64,000 nt of DNA from positions 1 through 64,000 of the forward strand of contig JBEKWR010000005.1 in NCBI GenBank assembly GCA_049512935.1. The letters run 5' to 3'. Below the pieces are notes generated by a model. The model was not told the origin of the DNA. It made no database searches and saw nothing but the letters and a program-made list of their open reading frames with translations. This document shows positions 50,626 through 60,915 of the stretch, in pieces. How positions within the stretch are numbered: position 1 is the stretch's first letter; each line of letters opens with the position of its first letter. The position numbers and the translations under genes are program-made. Source of the stretch: Candidatus Bathyarchaeia archaeon. GTDB taxonomy: Archaea > Thermoproteota > Bathyarchaeia > Bathyarchaeales > Bathycorpusculaceae.

Positions 50626-51783
50626 CTATGGAGCCTCCATTGTTTTTGCGAATTTGTCAAACAACATTTCGGTGTCGTATGGTCCCGGCGAGGCTTCTGG
50701 GTGCCATTGCACTGCAAAGACAGGTTTGGTTTTGTGCTTGATACCTTCTGAGGTTTTGTCGTTAGCGTTAAGGAACCATGGCTCCAACGGAGTTTTCTTT
50801 AGAGAATCGACGTCTACGGCGTAACCGTGATTTTGCGTAGTTATGTAACAGCGTTGACTGTTCAGGTCCAAGGCTGGCTGGTTTTGGGCTCGGTGACCAA
50901 ATTTTAACTTGTAAGTGTCTCCGCCTAACGCCAAGGCTAATATTTGGGCTCCAAGGCAGATGCCCATGAACGGAACTTTATCAACAACTTCGCGGACGCA
51001 CTCGATGGTTTTCTCACATTTCTTCGGGTCGCCTGGACCATTGCTTAAAAAGACGCCGTCAGGGTTGTAAGCCAAGACTTCGCTGGCTGAAGCGTCATAG
51101 GGCACGCGAACAACGTTTATGCCCCGTTTAAGCAAATTGCGGATAATGCTGTTTTTTACTCCGCAGTCGATTAAGACCACGGTTTTTTTGCCGTCAGCAT
51201 TGTACTTGACGGGTTGTTTCACGGACACTTCCTTAACCAAATCTGTCAAGTTAGGGTCAGCAATGTTTTTGCCACTCTTTAAAACCGCTTCCAAATCAGG
51301 CTCTTCACCTGCATCGAAAACCTGCAGAACCCCAAGCATTACGCCGTGAGTTCTCAGCTTCTTTGTGAGGCGCCGTGTGTCGACGCCGTATATTCCTGGA
51401 ACGCCTTCGTCAAGCAGCCACTTGTCCAAGGTTCTTGTTGACGCCCAATGGAACGGTTCAAGACATAACTCGTGAATAACTAAGCCTTGCACTTGAATGT
51501 GGTCTGACTCGAAGTAAAGAGGTAAACCCAGATTCAACTCGTTTGATGGAACGCCATAGTTGCCTATAAGCGGATAAGTTAAGGTTAAAACTTGCCCCTT
51601 GTATGACGGGTCAGTAAGCGCTTCTGGATAGCCAACCATCTGAGTTGAAAAAACCACTTCACCTGAAATTTTCCCTGTCGCACCAAAACCATTGCCGAGA
51701 AATGACGTTCCGTCCTCAAGAACTAGAATCGCTTTTTTGCTTTTTGCGGACGTGCTATGTTGTGGGACCAAAGCCCTATTCAA
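50626..51783 (-). CDS. carA: carbamoyl-phosphate synthase small subunit
   Basis: GEVVF, TDPSYKGQ, SNGPGDP, GICLG and HPEA motifs. Confidence 0.97.
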   Translation of the reverse strand: MNRALVPQHSTSAKSKKAILVLEDGTSFLGNGFGATGKISGEVVFSTQMVGYPEALTDPSYKGQVLTLTYPLIGNYGVPSNELNLGLPLYFESDHIQVQGLVIHELCLEPFHWASTRTLDKWLLDEGVPGIYGVDTRRLTKKLRTHGVMLGVLQVFDAGEEPDLEAVLKSGKNIADPNLTDLVKEVSVKQPVKYNADGKKTVVLIDCGVKNSIIRNLLKRGINVVRVPYDASASEVLAYNPDGVFLSNGPGDPKKCEKTIECVREVVDKVPFMGICLGAQILALALGGDTYKLKFGHRAQNQPALDLNSQRCYITTQNHGYAVDVDSLKKTPLEPWFLNANDKTSEGIKHKTKPVFAVQWHPEASPGPYDTEMLFDKFAKTMEAP

Positions 51784-51784
51784 C

Positions 51785-53302
51785 CTATAAGTTTGGATTT
51801 TTAAATCTTACGTTTTCAGTCACGGGCAACTCTGAAGTGGCGTAGGATTCAACGACCTCTTTGAGTTTCCTTTGTGCATCTTCAAGGTTGTTTTTAAGCT
51901 TAACTATGGTACTTTTCGCATCCGCCATGTTTTTACTGCATGTTTTGATGGCTCTTTCAACCTCGACGGGTGAAGGACCACCCAGCACTTTATATGTTTC
52001 GACAAGTTTGCGCGGATTCGCGCAATCCACTATGTCGCCTATTTTAACCGATAATTTTACGCCTGCAGCTTCCTGAGCTACCTTCTGCAACAGCTCTGGC
52101 GTCGCATCCAGCAAGGTTTGGTGGGAATCGACCAAGGACTTCACGAGAGCGCCGACTATTTTATGTGAGGTTCTGAAAGCAACTTTATGCTTTCGCACAA
52201 GCATGTTAGCAAGCTCAGTTGCGCCGACGAAACCTGCCGCCGCCTTGCTTTCAACGTTTGACGAGACCTTCAGGTTGGGGATAAGAGCGGCAAATATGCC
52301 AAGAGAACTGGACAGATCGTCGATTGAAGCCCAAAGCTTTGGTGTCACTTCTTGAAAATCAAGATTGTACACTGTTGGCAGGCTTTTTATCGCGGCTGCT
52401 GAAGCTACAAAGTTGCCGAGCACGTAGCTGGCTCTTGCGCGGATTACTTCGAGCGCCTCGGGATTCTTTTTTTGCGGCATGATGCTGCTCGTTGACGCGA
52501 AATCGTCGGGCAACTCAACGGTGCCGAATTCTTGTGAACTCCAAATGATCAAGTCCTCAGCCAAACGGCTCAAGTTCACCGCTAGCAACGTGAGTGCAGA
52601 TTGGGTTTCCAGGATGAAGTCTCGGCTGCCGACCGCGTCAATCGAGTTCGCCAACACTGAATTGAAGCCTAAGAGCTCAGCTGTTCTCTCGCGGTTTATG
52701 GGAAAACTTGTTGTTGCCAATGCGCCAGCGCCGAGAGGGCTCTGGTTAACCCGTTCATAAGCACCCAGTAGCCGAGCCAAGTCGCGTTCTAAAGCTTGAG
52801 CGTACGATAACAGATAATGGGCGAACGTTACTGGCTGCGCTGCCTGGAGGTGCGTGTACTCCAAAATGACTGTGTCGAGATTTTTGGAGGCGGTTTCCAG
52901 AAGGCTTTTCTCCATCTGGAGCGCCTGAAGCATCAGCGCGACAAGTTCGGTTCGAAGTTGCATCCGTATGGCTGTCGTGACCTGGTCGTTTCTGCTTTTT
53001 GCTATGTGAAGGTTGCCGCCGACTTCAGGTCCTGTTTCGCTGAGGACGGCTTCTTCAACTGCCATGTGAACGTCTTCAGCCTCAGGGTCAAGAGGGACGC
53101 CTTCCAGTTTTTGGAGGGCTCTTAGGATTTTTGCTCCGTCTTTCTGCTGAATTATTTTCTGTTCAATAAGCATCGCAACGTGGGCTTTGTTGATGTCGAC
53201 GACACTTGAGGCTAAGCGTTCATCATCCTTTCGAGAAGAAGTAAACTTGGCTACGTCTTCACGCACAGACGAAAGCCGCCCGCCATGCAGTATCTTCGAC
53301 AC
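51785..53302 (-). CDS. argH: argininosuccinate lyase
   Basis: EDVH, SRNDQ, THLQ.AQP and SSIMPQKKNP motifs. Confidence 0.96.
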   Translation of the reverse strand: MSKILHGGRLSSVREDVAKFTSSRKDDERLASSVVDINKAHVAMLIEQKIIQQKDGAKILRALQKLEGVPLDPEAEDVHMAVEEAVLSETGPEVGGNLHIAKSRNDQVTTAIRMQLRTELVALMLQALQMEKSLLETASKNLDTVILEYTHLQAAQPVTFAHYLLSYAQALERDLARLLGAYERVNQSPLGAGALATTSFPINRERTAELLGFNSVLANSIDAVGSRDFILETQSALTLLAVNLSRLAEDLIIWSSQEFGTVELPDDFASTSSIMPQKKNPEALEVIRARASYVLGNFVASAAAIKSLPTVYNLDFQEVTPKLWASIDDLSSSLGIFAALIPNLKVSSNVESKAAAGFVGATELANMLVRKHKVAFRTSHKIVGALVKSLVDSHQTLLDATPELLQKVAQEAAGVKLSVKIGDIVDCANPRKLVETYKVLGGPSPVEVERAIKTCSKNMADAKSTIVKLKNNLEDAQRKLKEVVESYATSELPVTENVRFKNPNL

Positions 53303-53332
53303 GAACTTTATCCTCCGTTTTCAGCGCCTTGT

Positions 53333-54571
53333 TTAGGTTTTCTTTGTTTTTTCAGCCGGTTTTTGACCTGTCTTTTTTAAGGCGTTGTACATTCTCGTTT
53401 GAAGTCCCCAGAGTTCAATGAAGCCTTTGGAGTAGGACTGGTTGAACGTTGTTTTTATGTTGTAATTAGCCAAGTTCTTGTCGTAAAGCGACATCGCCGA
53501 TGAGCGTCCAATAACCTGCATGCCGCCTTTGTACAGCTTAAGTTTGACTTCCCCAGTCACGTTTTCCTGAGACTTGTTGATGAAAGCGTCAAGATCGTCT
53601 TTAAGAGGATCAACCCACAAGCCAGCGTAGGCTAAAAACACCCATTCCGCGTCAATCTGCTGCTTGAAGAGAACTTGGTGGCGGGTCATAACCATTTTTT
53701 CAAGGTCTTTGTGAGCCTCCAAAATCACAGTTGCGGCTGGACACTCATAGACTTCTCTTGATTTTATGCCCACCAGGCGGTCTTCAATGTGGTCTATGCG
53801 GCCGACGCCGTTTCTGCCAGCGATTTTATTCATCGCTTCGACCAGTCCAAGAGGCTTCATGTTTTCGCCATTAACCGCCACTGGCACTCCAGCCTCGAAC
53901 TTTAAGGTGACAAGTTCAGGCTTCTTCGGCGCCTTTTCGGGTGAAACCGTCCATTCGTAAGCGTCTTCAGGCGGCTCTTGACTTGCATCCTCCAGCAAAC
54001 CGCATTCGATTGCTCTTCCCCACACGCTTGCATCTATGCTGTATTTTTTGGCTGCGTTGGAGACGGGTATGCCTTTGGTTTTTGCGTAAGCGATTTCTTC
54101 TTCCCGGGTCATTCCCCACTCCCGTACTGGCGCGATGATTTTTTTGTCAGGTGCTAAGGAGCCGAGTGTAACGTCGAAGCGGACTTGATCGTTTCCTCTT
54201 CCCGTGCAGCCGTGTGCAAGGGCTGTTGCGCCTTCCTTTTCGGCTACTTCAACCATCTTGGATGCTATGAGCGGTCGCGACAGGCTCGTGCTTATGGGGT
54301 ACTTTCCCTCATAAAGAGCATTGGCTTTTATAGCTGGGAAAATGTAGTTTTCTGCAAACTCGTCTTTTGCGTCTATCGAAAAATGCTTCAGGACGCCGAG
54401 TTTCTTGGCTTTTTCCTCAGCGGCTTTGAGGTCTTCTTGCTGTCCGACATCAACGGTTACGGTTATTACTTGCGCGTTGTATTTTTCTTGGAGATACTTG
54501 ATCAGGACAGACGTGTCTAACCCGCCTGAGTACGCTAATACTATTTTTTCACTTATCTTTCGAGCCCCCAT
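53333..54571 (-). CDS. argG: argininosuccinate synthase
   Basis: AYSGGLDTS, HGCTGRGNDQVRF and GIKSREVYE motifs. Confidence 0.97.
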   Translation of the reverse strand: MGARKISEKIVLAYSGGLDTSVLIKYLQEKYNAQVITVTVDVGQQEDLKAAEEKAKKLGVLKHFSIDAKDEFAENYIFPAIKANALYEGKYPISTSLSRPLIASKMVEVAEKEGATALAHGCTGRGNDQVRFDVTLGSLAPDKKIIAPVREWGMTREEEIAYAKTKGIPVSNAAKKYSIDASVWGRAIECGLLEDASQEPPEDAYEWTVSPEKAPKKPELVTLKFEAGVPVAVNGENMKPLGLVEAMNKIAGRNGVGRIDHIEDRLVGIKSREVYECPAATVILEAHKDLEKMVMTRHQVLFKQQIDAEWVFLAYAGLWVDPLKDDLDAFINKSQENVTGEVKLKLYKGGMQVIGRSSAMSLYDKNLANYNIKTTFNQSYSKGFIELWGLQTRMYNALKKTGQKPAEKTKKT

Positions 54572-54681
54572 TTTTTAGCTTAAACTATTTCCCTAACCTC
54601 GAACCCTGTCTTCTTAAACCTTGCGACTTTTTTGTCACTTAACAAAACTTAAATGTTCCATTTGATACACTTTGCAGTAAC

Positions 54682-55260
54682 ATGAGTGTAGCTAAAAACG
54701 TCAGAAATTACCTGCGAAACAAACCTTACCTACTTGAGGCGCTGGAAAAAGGCATCGTGAACCTAAGCGAGCTGGCGCGGCAAATACAGAAAGAACTGAA
54801 AGCCAACGATCCAAGCGCCATAAAGGCCGCCTTGCGCCGCTACTCGGAGGAACTACAGAAACACAAACAGAAAAGAGAAGAAAAAGTGCTTCACCTGCTT
54901 AAGCGTAGCAGCATAGCCGTTTACGACCGAAAATCAGTAATGATAACAGGAAAAGAATTTAACCAAAAAACCGGCTTGAAAGTGGATTTGCTCGACAAGT
55001 TCGTTTATTTGCTTGACAGAAACGATTTGCCTGAACGCATAAATGCCCTTGTGAAGCACGATAACTGCACAATGATCGTTGTTCATTCGCCTGAAGAGCT
55101 AGAGGCAACGCCGGGAGTTGTCGCCTTCATAGCTACACTCTTAGCTGAGCAAAGTGTGAACATAGTTGAGTTCATTTCCTGCTGGACTGAAACCATCATC
55201 GTCATCGAGAAAAAAGACAGCCTGAAAGTCTATGAGACTCTGTCTAATCTGGTGGGTTAA
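54682..55260 (+). CDS. HTH + ACT-domain protein, putative amino-acid-responsive regulator
   Basis: GIVNLSELARQI...AIKAALRR N-terminus; TPGVVAFI...LAEQSVNIVEFISCWTE ACT domain; divergent from argG. Confidence 0.75.
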   Translation: MSVAKNVRNYLRNKPYLLEALEKGIVNLSELARQIQKELKANDPSAIKAALRRYSEELQKHKQKREEKVLHLLKRSSIAVYDRKSVMITGKEFNQKTGLKVDLLDKFVYLLDRNDLPERINALVKHDNCTMIVVHSPEELEATPGVVAFIATLLAEQSVNIVEFISCWTETIIVIEKKDSLKVYETLSNLVG

Positions 55261-55367
55261 ACGGGGCGATGCAAGCAGCAAAATTAATAATGCCTCAGAC
55301 GATAGTTCAGCTACAGCCTTCGCTTCATCGTCCAAATGGGGCATTCACTTGAAGGAGACTCGAAAAC

Positions 55368-56618
55368 ATGGTACATCAAGAATGCATAAACTGCAAGGAA
55401 CGGTACGACATTAACGATGTGGTTTACTTCTGCAGGAAATGCGGAGACATCCTTGAAATAAAATTCGATTTCAAAGAGTTAGCGCAAACCCTACAAAGGA
55501 GCGACTGGAAAACAAGGCCCCTGTCAGTTTGGCGATACCGCGACTTCATGCCTTTCCACGAAGCCACACGCATCGTAACTCTTAACGAAGGCGGCACTGG
55601 ACTGCACCGTTCCCAACGTTTAGGAGACGAAGTGGGCTTAAAAGAAGTGTACGTTAAAAACGAGGGAGAGAACCCGACAGGCAGCTTCAAAGACCGCGGC
55701 ATGACCGTCGGCGTCACAAAAGCCCTTGAACTGGGAGCAAGGCACGTTATTTGCGCTTCAACAGGCAACACCAGCGCAAGTTTAGCAGCTTACGCTGCCA
55801 GAGCGGGATTAAAATGCACCGTTCTCATTCCGTCGGGCAAGATTGCTTATGGCAAGCTGGCGCAAGCCATGATTCACGGTGCCAAAGTCCTGCAGGTCAG
55901 AGGCAACTTTGACCAAGCATTGGAATTCGTGCTTAAACTTGCTGAAAAGCACAAAAACATCTACCTTCTTAACTCGATTAACCCGTTCCGCATTGAAGGC
56001 CAAAAATCGTTGGGCTTCGAAATCTGCGAGCAACTAAACAACGAAGCTCCAGACAGAATCATCATACCCGTCGGCAACGCCGGCAACATAAGCGCCGTGT
56101 GGAAAGGCTTAACTGAATTCCACAAACTCGGCTACATAAGAAACCTGCCTAAAATGACAGGTATACAAGCAGTCGGCTCAGCACCCATAGCTCAAGCAAT
56201 CAAAACCAACAGCGACAAAATCATCCCCGTTGAACACCCCGAAACAATCGCCACCGCCATACGCATCGGCGCCCCAGTAAGCTGGAAAAAAGCCGTAAAC
56301 GCCATCCGCGAATCCCACGGCACCGCTGAAACCGTCACCGACGAGGAAATCTTGGATGCACAGAAAATGCTGGCGAGAATTGAAGGCATCTTTGTGGAGC
56401 CTGCTAGCGCGTCATCCATCGCGGGATTAAAGAAACTGGTTAAGAACGGCGTCATAGGCAAGGACGAGCGGGTTGTCTGCATAACCACGGGGCACGGGTT
56501 AAAAGATCCCGACACCGCAATCAAGCAATGCGAAAAACCAATAGAAGTCGACGCTGACATGCTAGCTATCGAAAATGCTCTGGGAATAAGACAAGAAAAA
56601 GTTATTCTTGCAAGGTGA
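55368..56618 (+). CDS. thrC: threonine synthase
   Basis: NPTGSFKDRG, ASTGNTSAS, PVGNAGN and EPASA motifs. Confidence 0.95.
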   Translation: MVHQECINCKERYDINDVVYFCRKCGDILEIKFDFKELAQTLQRSDWKTRPLSVWRYRDFMPFHEATRIVTLNEGGTGLHRSQRLGDEVGLKEVYVKNEGENPTGSFKDRGMTVGVTKALELGARHVICASTGNTSASLAAYAARAGLKCTVLIPSGKIAYGKLAQAMIHGAKVLQVRGNFDQALEFVLKLAEKHKNIYLLNSINPFRIEGQKSLGFEICEQLNNEAPDRIIIPVGNAGNISAVWKGLTEFHKLGYIRNLPKMTGIQAVGSAPIAQAIKTNSDKIIPVEHPETIATAIRIGAPVSWKKAVNAIRESHGTAETVTDEEILDAQKMLARIEGIFVEPASASSIAGLKKLVKNGVIGKDERVVCITTGHGLKDPDTAIKQCEKPIEVDADMLAIENALGIRQEKVILAR

Positions 56619-57670
56619 AAACAAAATTGAGGATAATCTTAGTTGGCTTCGGAGTAGTTGGAAAAAGCGTTACAACCATTCTAGCGAAAAGATACGCAGA
56701 GAAGGTTAAGGATTACGGGTTTAACCCTAAAATCGTCGCCATAGCTGACATAGACGGCGCGGTTATAAACCCGAAAGGTCTAAGCCCCGAAAAACTTGAC
56801 GAAATAAGACAAAAGGGATTTCCTATATCCAAAGACCCCGAGTTTGGTCACCCAGGAATGTCAGTGTTAGATGTTATCGACTCAGTCGAAGCAGAAGTAG
56901 TTGTCGAAGTGACTCCCGTTAACATCAAAAACGCTGAACCAGCCATCTCGCACATCACTAAAGCCTTCAAAACAGGAAAACATGTCGTCACAACTAACAA
57001 AGGGCCATTAGCCTTAGCAATGCCAGCCCTCACAGAACTAGCTGAATACAATAATGTTTACCTTCGATTCAGCGGAACCGTCGGCGGTGGAACACCCGTC
57101 CTTGAGTTTGCCAAGCGATGCTTGGCAGGAGACAAAATCTTAGCCATACGAGGCATACTAAACGGGACAACTAACTACATATTGACTGAAATGGCTCAGA
57201 ACCGCTTGACCTTCCAAGAAGCGCTGACAAATGCGCAGAAGCTCGGTTACGCCGAGCGAGAACCGTCCATGGATGTTGACGGGTTCGACGCCGCCTGCAA
57301 AGTAGTCATTCTGGCGAACTGGATATTGAACAAGAAAATAACGTTAAAAGACGTTGATATTACGGGCATCCGCGAGGTTTCTTTGCAAGCGCTTGATGAA
57401 GCTTCAAAGAGGGGAAACACAATCAAGCTCATAGGGTCAATAGACGGCGACGGAGCAGTGGTCAAACCCATGGAGATAGCGAAAAACAGCCCCTTGTGCG
57501 TCAGCGGAGTCCTAAATGCGGTAACTTTCTACACTGAATATGCGGGTGAGGAAACTATTATCGGTAAGGGCGCAGGTGGAATGGAAACTGCCAGTGCAGT
57601 TTTAAGAGACCTCTTAGATATAAGACATAAGTTAGCAGACCGAATGCTATATGAAAGCTCGGAGTCTTGA
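56615..57670 (+). CDS. hom: homoserine dehydrogenase
   Basis: GFGVVG, VVTTNKGP, GILNGTTNYIL and GAGGMETA motifs. Confidence 0.95.
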   Translation: MKTKLRIILVGFGVVGKSVTTILAKRYAEKVKDYGFNPKIVAIADIDGAVINPKGLSPEKLDEIRQKGFPISKDPEFGHPGMSVLDVIDSVEAEVVVEVTPVNIKNAEPAISHITKAFKTGKHVVTTNKGPLALAMPALTELAEYNNVYLRFSGTVGGGTPVLEFAKRCLAGDKILAIRGILNGTTNYILTEMAQNRLTFQEALTNAQKLGYAEREPSMDVDGFDAACKVVILANWILNKKITLKDVDITGIREVSLQALDEASKRGNTIKLIGSIDGDGAVVKPMEIAKNSPLCVSGVLNAVTFYTEYAGEETIIGKGAGGMETASAVLRDLLDIRHKLADRMLYESSES

Positions 57671-59082
57671 AAATGAAAATAGTCATGAAGTTCGGCGGCA
57701 GCAGTGTAGCCACAGGAGAAAACATACGCCACGTAGGCGAGATAGTGACTCAAAACGCCAAGAACAATTGCAGAATCACTGTAGTTGTGTCAGCGTTAGC
57801 AGGAGTGACTAACAGCCTAATTGAAGTGGCTGAACAAGCAAAGAGAAGCGACGAAAAACATGTTGAAGCCTTCACCAAGGAACTTTTAGAGAAGCACCTA
57901 TCGGTAATCGAATCAGCTATAATTAGCAAGCCGATCCAGAAAGAAGTAACCCAGATCACGGAGAAAACCATCGCTGAACTGGAAAAAGTGTTAACAGGTA
58001 TATGCTACGTTGGCGAGCTGACGCCAAAATCAAAAGATTACGTCTTATCGTTCGGCGAGCGGCTGTCAGCGCCCATTGTTTGGGGAGCCCTAAAAGATCG
58101 CAAGCTGGAAACACAATGCTTCACAGGCAAAGAAGCAGGCATCGTAACAGACTCAAACTTCGGCGAAGCTGATCCCCTCATGAACTTTACCACACACCTA
58201 ATCCGAGAAAGGCTAAGTCCACTGCTAGAAAAAGGCGTCATCCCAGTTGTTACAGGTTACATAGCCGCGGATCAAAACGGAGTTGTGACAACGGTTGGAA
58301 GGGGCGGGTCAGATTACACCGCAACAATTTTGGGCGTTGCATTAGGCGTTGACGAAGTCTGGATATGGACGGACGTAGACGGCATAATGACCACTGACCC
58401 AAAAATAGTTCCCGCCGCCAAAATGCTACCGCAACTGAGCTATCAAGAAGCTGCGGAAATGGCGATTTTCGGCGCAAAAGCCATGCACCCACGAGCTCTG
58501 GAACCCGTAATTAAGGAAAACGTGCCAGTGAGGATACGCAGCGTTTTTCACCCAGAAAACCAAGGCACGTTGATTACTGGAGAACCCGACGCGAACGCAA
58601 AAGAAGTCGTTAAAGCCGTAGCAATGATAAAGGATGTTGCCATGCTAAACGTCAGCGGCGCCGGAATGGTAGGTGCTCCTGGAAGCTACGCGAAAGTCTT
58701 TGATGTACTGGGAAAAAACAACATTAACGTGATGATGATATCCACCGCCGCCTCAGAAGCCAACATATCAATGGTTATCCGAAGAGGGCTCTTGGGCAGA
58801 GCAATAAGCAACCTTGAAATCGCCTTGCTCGACAGAGGCGGCTTAGTAAGCGACATCTCATCGGAAGACGACGTCGCGGTCATCGCGGTTGTTGGCGCCA
58901 ACATGAAGGGCACCTTGGGCGTAGCCTCAAAAATATTCACAACCGTTGCGAAGAAAGGCATAAACATCCGCATGATCGCGCAAGGCTCGTCGGAGCTGAA
59001 CATTTCTTTTGTCGTCAAAGAAAAAGACGGAGAAGCAGTAGTCCGAGCAATCCACGAAGCATTCAACCTTGACAAAATATAG
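57667..59082 (+). CDS. lysC: aspartate kinase
   Basis: MKFGGSS, VVSAL, GRGGSDYTA and WTDVDG motifs; two ACT domains. Confidence 0.95.
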   Translation: MKMKIVMKFGGSSVATGENIRHVGEIVTQNAKNNCRITVVVSALAGVTNSLIEVAEQAKRSDEKHVEAFTKELLEKHLSVIESAIISKPIQKEVTQITEKTIAELEKVLTGICYVGELTPKSKDYVLSFGERLSAPIVWGALKDRKLETQCFTGKEAGIVTDSNFGEADPLMNFTTHLIRERLSPLLEKGVIPVVTGYIAADQNGVVTTVGRGGSDYTATILGVALGVDEVWIWTDVDGIMTTDPKIVPAAKMLPQLSYQEAAEMAIFGAKAMHPRALEPVIKENVPVRIRSVFHPENQGTLITGEPDANAKEVVKAVAMIKDVAMLNVSGAGMVGAPGSYAKVFDVLGKNNINVMMISTAASEANISMVIRRGLLGRAISNLEIALLDRGGLVSDISSEDDVAVIAVVGANMKGTLGVASKIFTTVAKKGINIRMIAQGSSELNISFVVKEKDGEAVVRAIHEAFNLDKI

Positions 59083-59119
59083 GGATTTCGGGGCTTGGAA
59101 AAGCCTCGAGCTTTTTGTT

Positions 59120-59638
59120 TTACTGCTGATATGGCGCTGTGTTCTGCGTCCAGCGGTCTCGCCGATATTTGCGTCTTGCCCGCCAGAATAGCATTCGAGC
59201 CACAAACATCACGATTAAAACAACCAGCAGGATGAGGAGGATTTCGCCTGGAAAGTACCCCGCTCCGTGGTAAACGTAGAGGTAAAACAGCAGAAGACCG
59301 ATGACGATGATGCCGATCGGCAGCATGAGTAAAATTCCGCCGTAACGCATCCAGCCTGGAGCACCGCCTTGCCTACCATAGCCGCCGCTTCCGCCAGCCA
59401 TGTTAGCGCGTTGTTCCTGGATTTGTTTAAGCCGCTCTTCGTTGAGGTAGTATTTGCCGTTTACTTCCACAATAATGCCCGATTGTCCGAGTCTTCGCTG
59501 CATTGCTTGTTCAAATCGAGGCGGCAAACCCAGTTCTTGGATTGTCATTGCTTTTTCGGGGGCTGTGGCTCCTTTTTCCCTGAACTTCTGAATTATTTCT
59601 TGCAGTCGTCTGCGTCTTTGGTCTTGGTTGTTGAACAT
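59120..59638 (-). CDS. membrane protein with an N-terminal winged-helix-like domain
   Basis: KFREKGAT.PEKAMTIQELGLP...GIIVEVNGKYYL, Gly-rich linker, two TM helices. Confidence 0.7.
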   Translation of the reverse strand: MFNNQDQRRRRLQEIIQKFREKGATAPEKAMTIQELGLPPRFEQAMQRRLGQSGIIVEVNGKYYLNEERLKQIQEQRANMAGGSGGYGRQGGAPGWMRYGGILLMLPIGIIVIGLLLFYLYVYHGAGYFPGEILLILLVVLIVMFVARMLFWRARRKYRRDRWTQNTAPYQQ

Positions 59639-59899
59639 TTAGGTTTCCTCCATGGCGTGTTTTTCAGGCTTTTCTTCCGTTGCAGTGTCGAGTCCCTGCA
59701 TTATTTTTTCTGCAAGTTCTCTCATCGCGTCGGCTTTAACCATGGTGATGCCTCGGCGGTTTCTGCCTGTCATGACGAAGAGCATGTCGCCTGGTTTGAT
59801 GTCTAGTTCTTTGCGGGCGTCGGCTGGGATGACTACTTGTCCTCTTTCGCCGACTTTTACGGTTCCGTACAGTCGCCCTTCATGTTTTGTTTCAGTCAT
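59639..59899 (-). CDS. AbrB/MazE/SpoVT-family transcription regulator
   Basis: GTVKVGERGQVVIPADARKELDIKPGD; ATG 59899 or 59926. Confidence 0.9.
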   Translation of the reverse strand: MTETKHEGRLYGTVKVGERGQVVIPADARKELDIKPGDMLFVMTGRNRRGITMVKADAMRELAEKIMQGLDTATEEKPEKHAMEET

Positions 59900-59980
59900 A
59901 AACAGCACACTTTTCCTACATTTCATACATGGCGTTTTGTATTTAAGAATTACGCCGCTGACGCCTCGGCTCTAAGTTTA

Positions 59981-60139
59981 GTGTTGGGGGTTTGGCTTTT
60001 TTGTGGTCTGTGTTTTGGGTTGTTTTTTTGGTTTGGTGTTTGAGGCGTTGGCGGGTTGCGACCCGTAGCGACCCTGCCCGACTCGTAGCGACCCTAAACG
60101 ACCCATTTCGTCCCTAATTGACCCAGCCCGTCCTTTCCC
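59981..60139 (-). repeat. G/T tract containing island-edge motif copy 3, plus 10-bp phased array
   Basis: Reverse complement of 60011-60036 is CCAAACCAAAAAAACAACCCAAAACA (25/26 to copy 2); eight decamers starting GACCC/GACTC/GTCC at 60060-60139. Confidence 0.85.
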
Positions 60140-60349
60140 CACCCGCGCGTTTGCCGTGCGAGTAACTCTGATTGTACACACGTTAAGGTCTGTACAACAG
60201 CAAAAATTAGGGTTTGACGTTTTGTTACACGCTACCGACAGGGTTTTTTGGAAAAAACCTTTTAAAGTTTTCTATGGATCGATACTGTTAAGTTATTTGA
60301 CCCAACATGCTAAAACCTGATTTAAAAAAAACCTCGGGGTTAAGAAAGG

Positions 60350-60667
60350 TTAGCGCTGTGTTTCTTTGTAAATCTGTTGAGCTGCTTTATCCCACCACTT
60401 TGGGTAATCTTCTGGCATGTCCTCGCCACCATATATTTTTTTCAAAGTCAAAACCTTTGTAAGCGTAGAACTCGCAGTTTCACTCCCTTCTTCGGTAGTT
60501 CTCAAAAGAAACACTAGCCTTCCAATTCTAATTTGCATTCCTTCGAGCCGCTGGGGGTCAAGGTCTGAACCGCAGAAGGGACATTCTTTCTCGTCTTTTA
60601 TTTTGCCAGATTGAACGGATTCGTGTATTAGCTCAAAAAATTGCTTTGAATTAGTCTTTGTGCTCAA
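60350..60667 (-). CDS. hypothetical protein with a CPFCG motif (cargo)
   Basis: 105 aa; last gene of the ParB cassette. Confidence 0.6.
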   Translation of the reverse strand: MSTKTNSKQFFELIHESVQSGKIKDEKECPFCGSDLDPQRLEGMQIRIGRLVFLLRTTEEGSETASSTLTKVLTLKKIYGGEDMPEDYPKWWDKAAQQIYKETQR

Positions 60668-60676
60668 TTTATCGCC

Positions 60677-60913
60677 TCACTCTTTTATGAGTTCCATTGC
60701 TATGATGTTCCAAGGAATCGTTTTAATTTCAAAGTTTTCCTCTTTGTAAGTTATGCTCATCAATTCTAAAGTCTCTGTTTTAGTTCCGCCTTTCAAGTAT
60801 TCCTTTACCTTTTTGACTGATGGTGATAACTCATTGAAGACCATCATCGAATTTGCTTTTGCCTCTTTGTTCAAAAGGACATAAAATGTACTGTCCTTAA
60901 CTTGAAACTCCAT
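60677..60913 (-). CDS. small hypothetical protein (cargo)
   Basis: 78 aa, tightly spaced within the cassette. Confidence 0.6.
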   Translation of the reverse strand: MEFQVKDSTFYVLLNKEAKANSMMVFNELSPSVKKVKEYLKGGTKTETLELMSITYKEENFEIKTIPWNIIAMELIKE

Positions 60914-60915
60914 TT

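Noticed and set aside
50623-50628. carA TAG immediately followed in frame by carB ATG (possible readthrough fusion)
   Set aside because: Stop-ATG adjacency also occurs with TAA at 3536/3537 and 59638/59639, and TAG ends several ordinary genes here; simple translational coupling explains it
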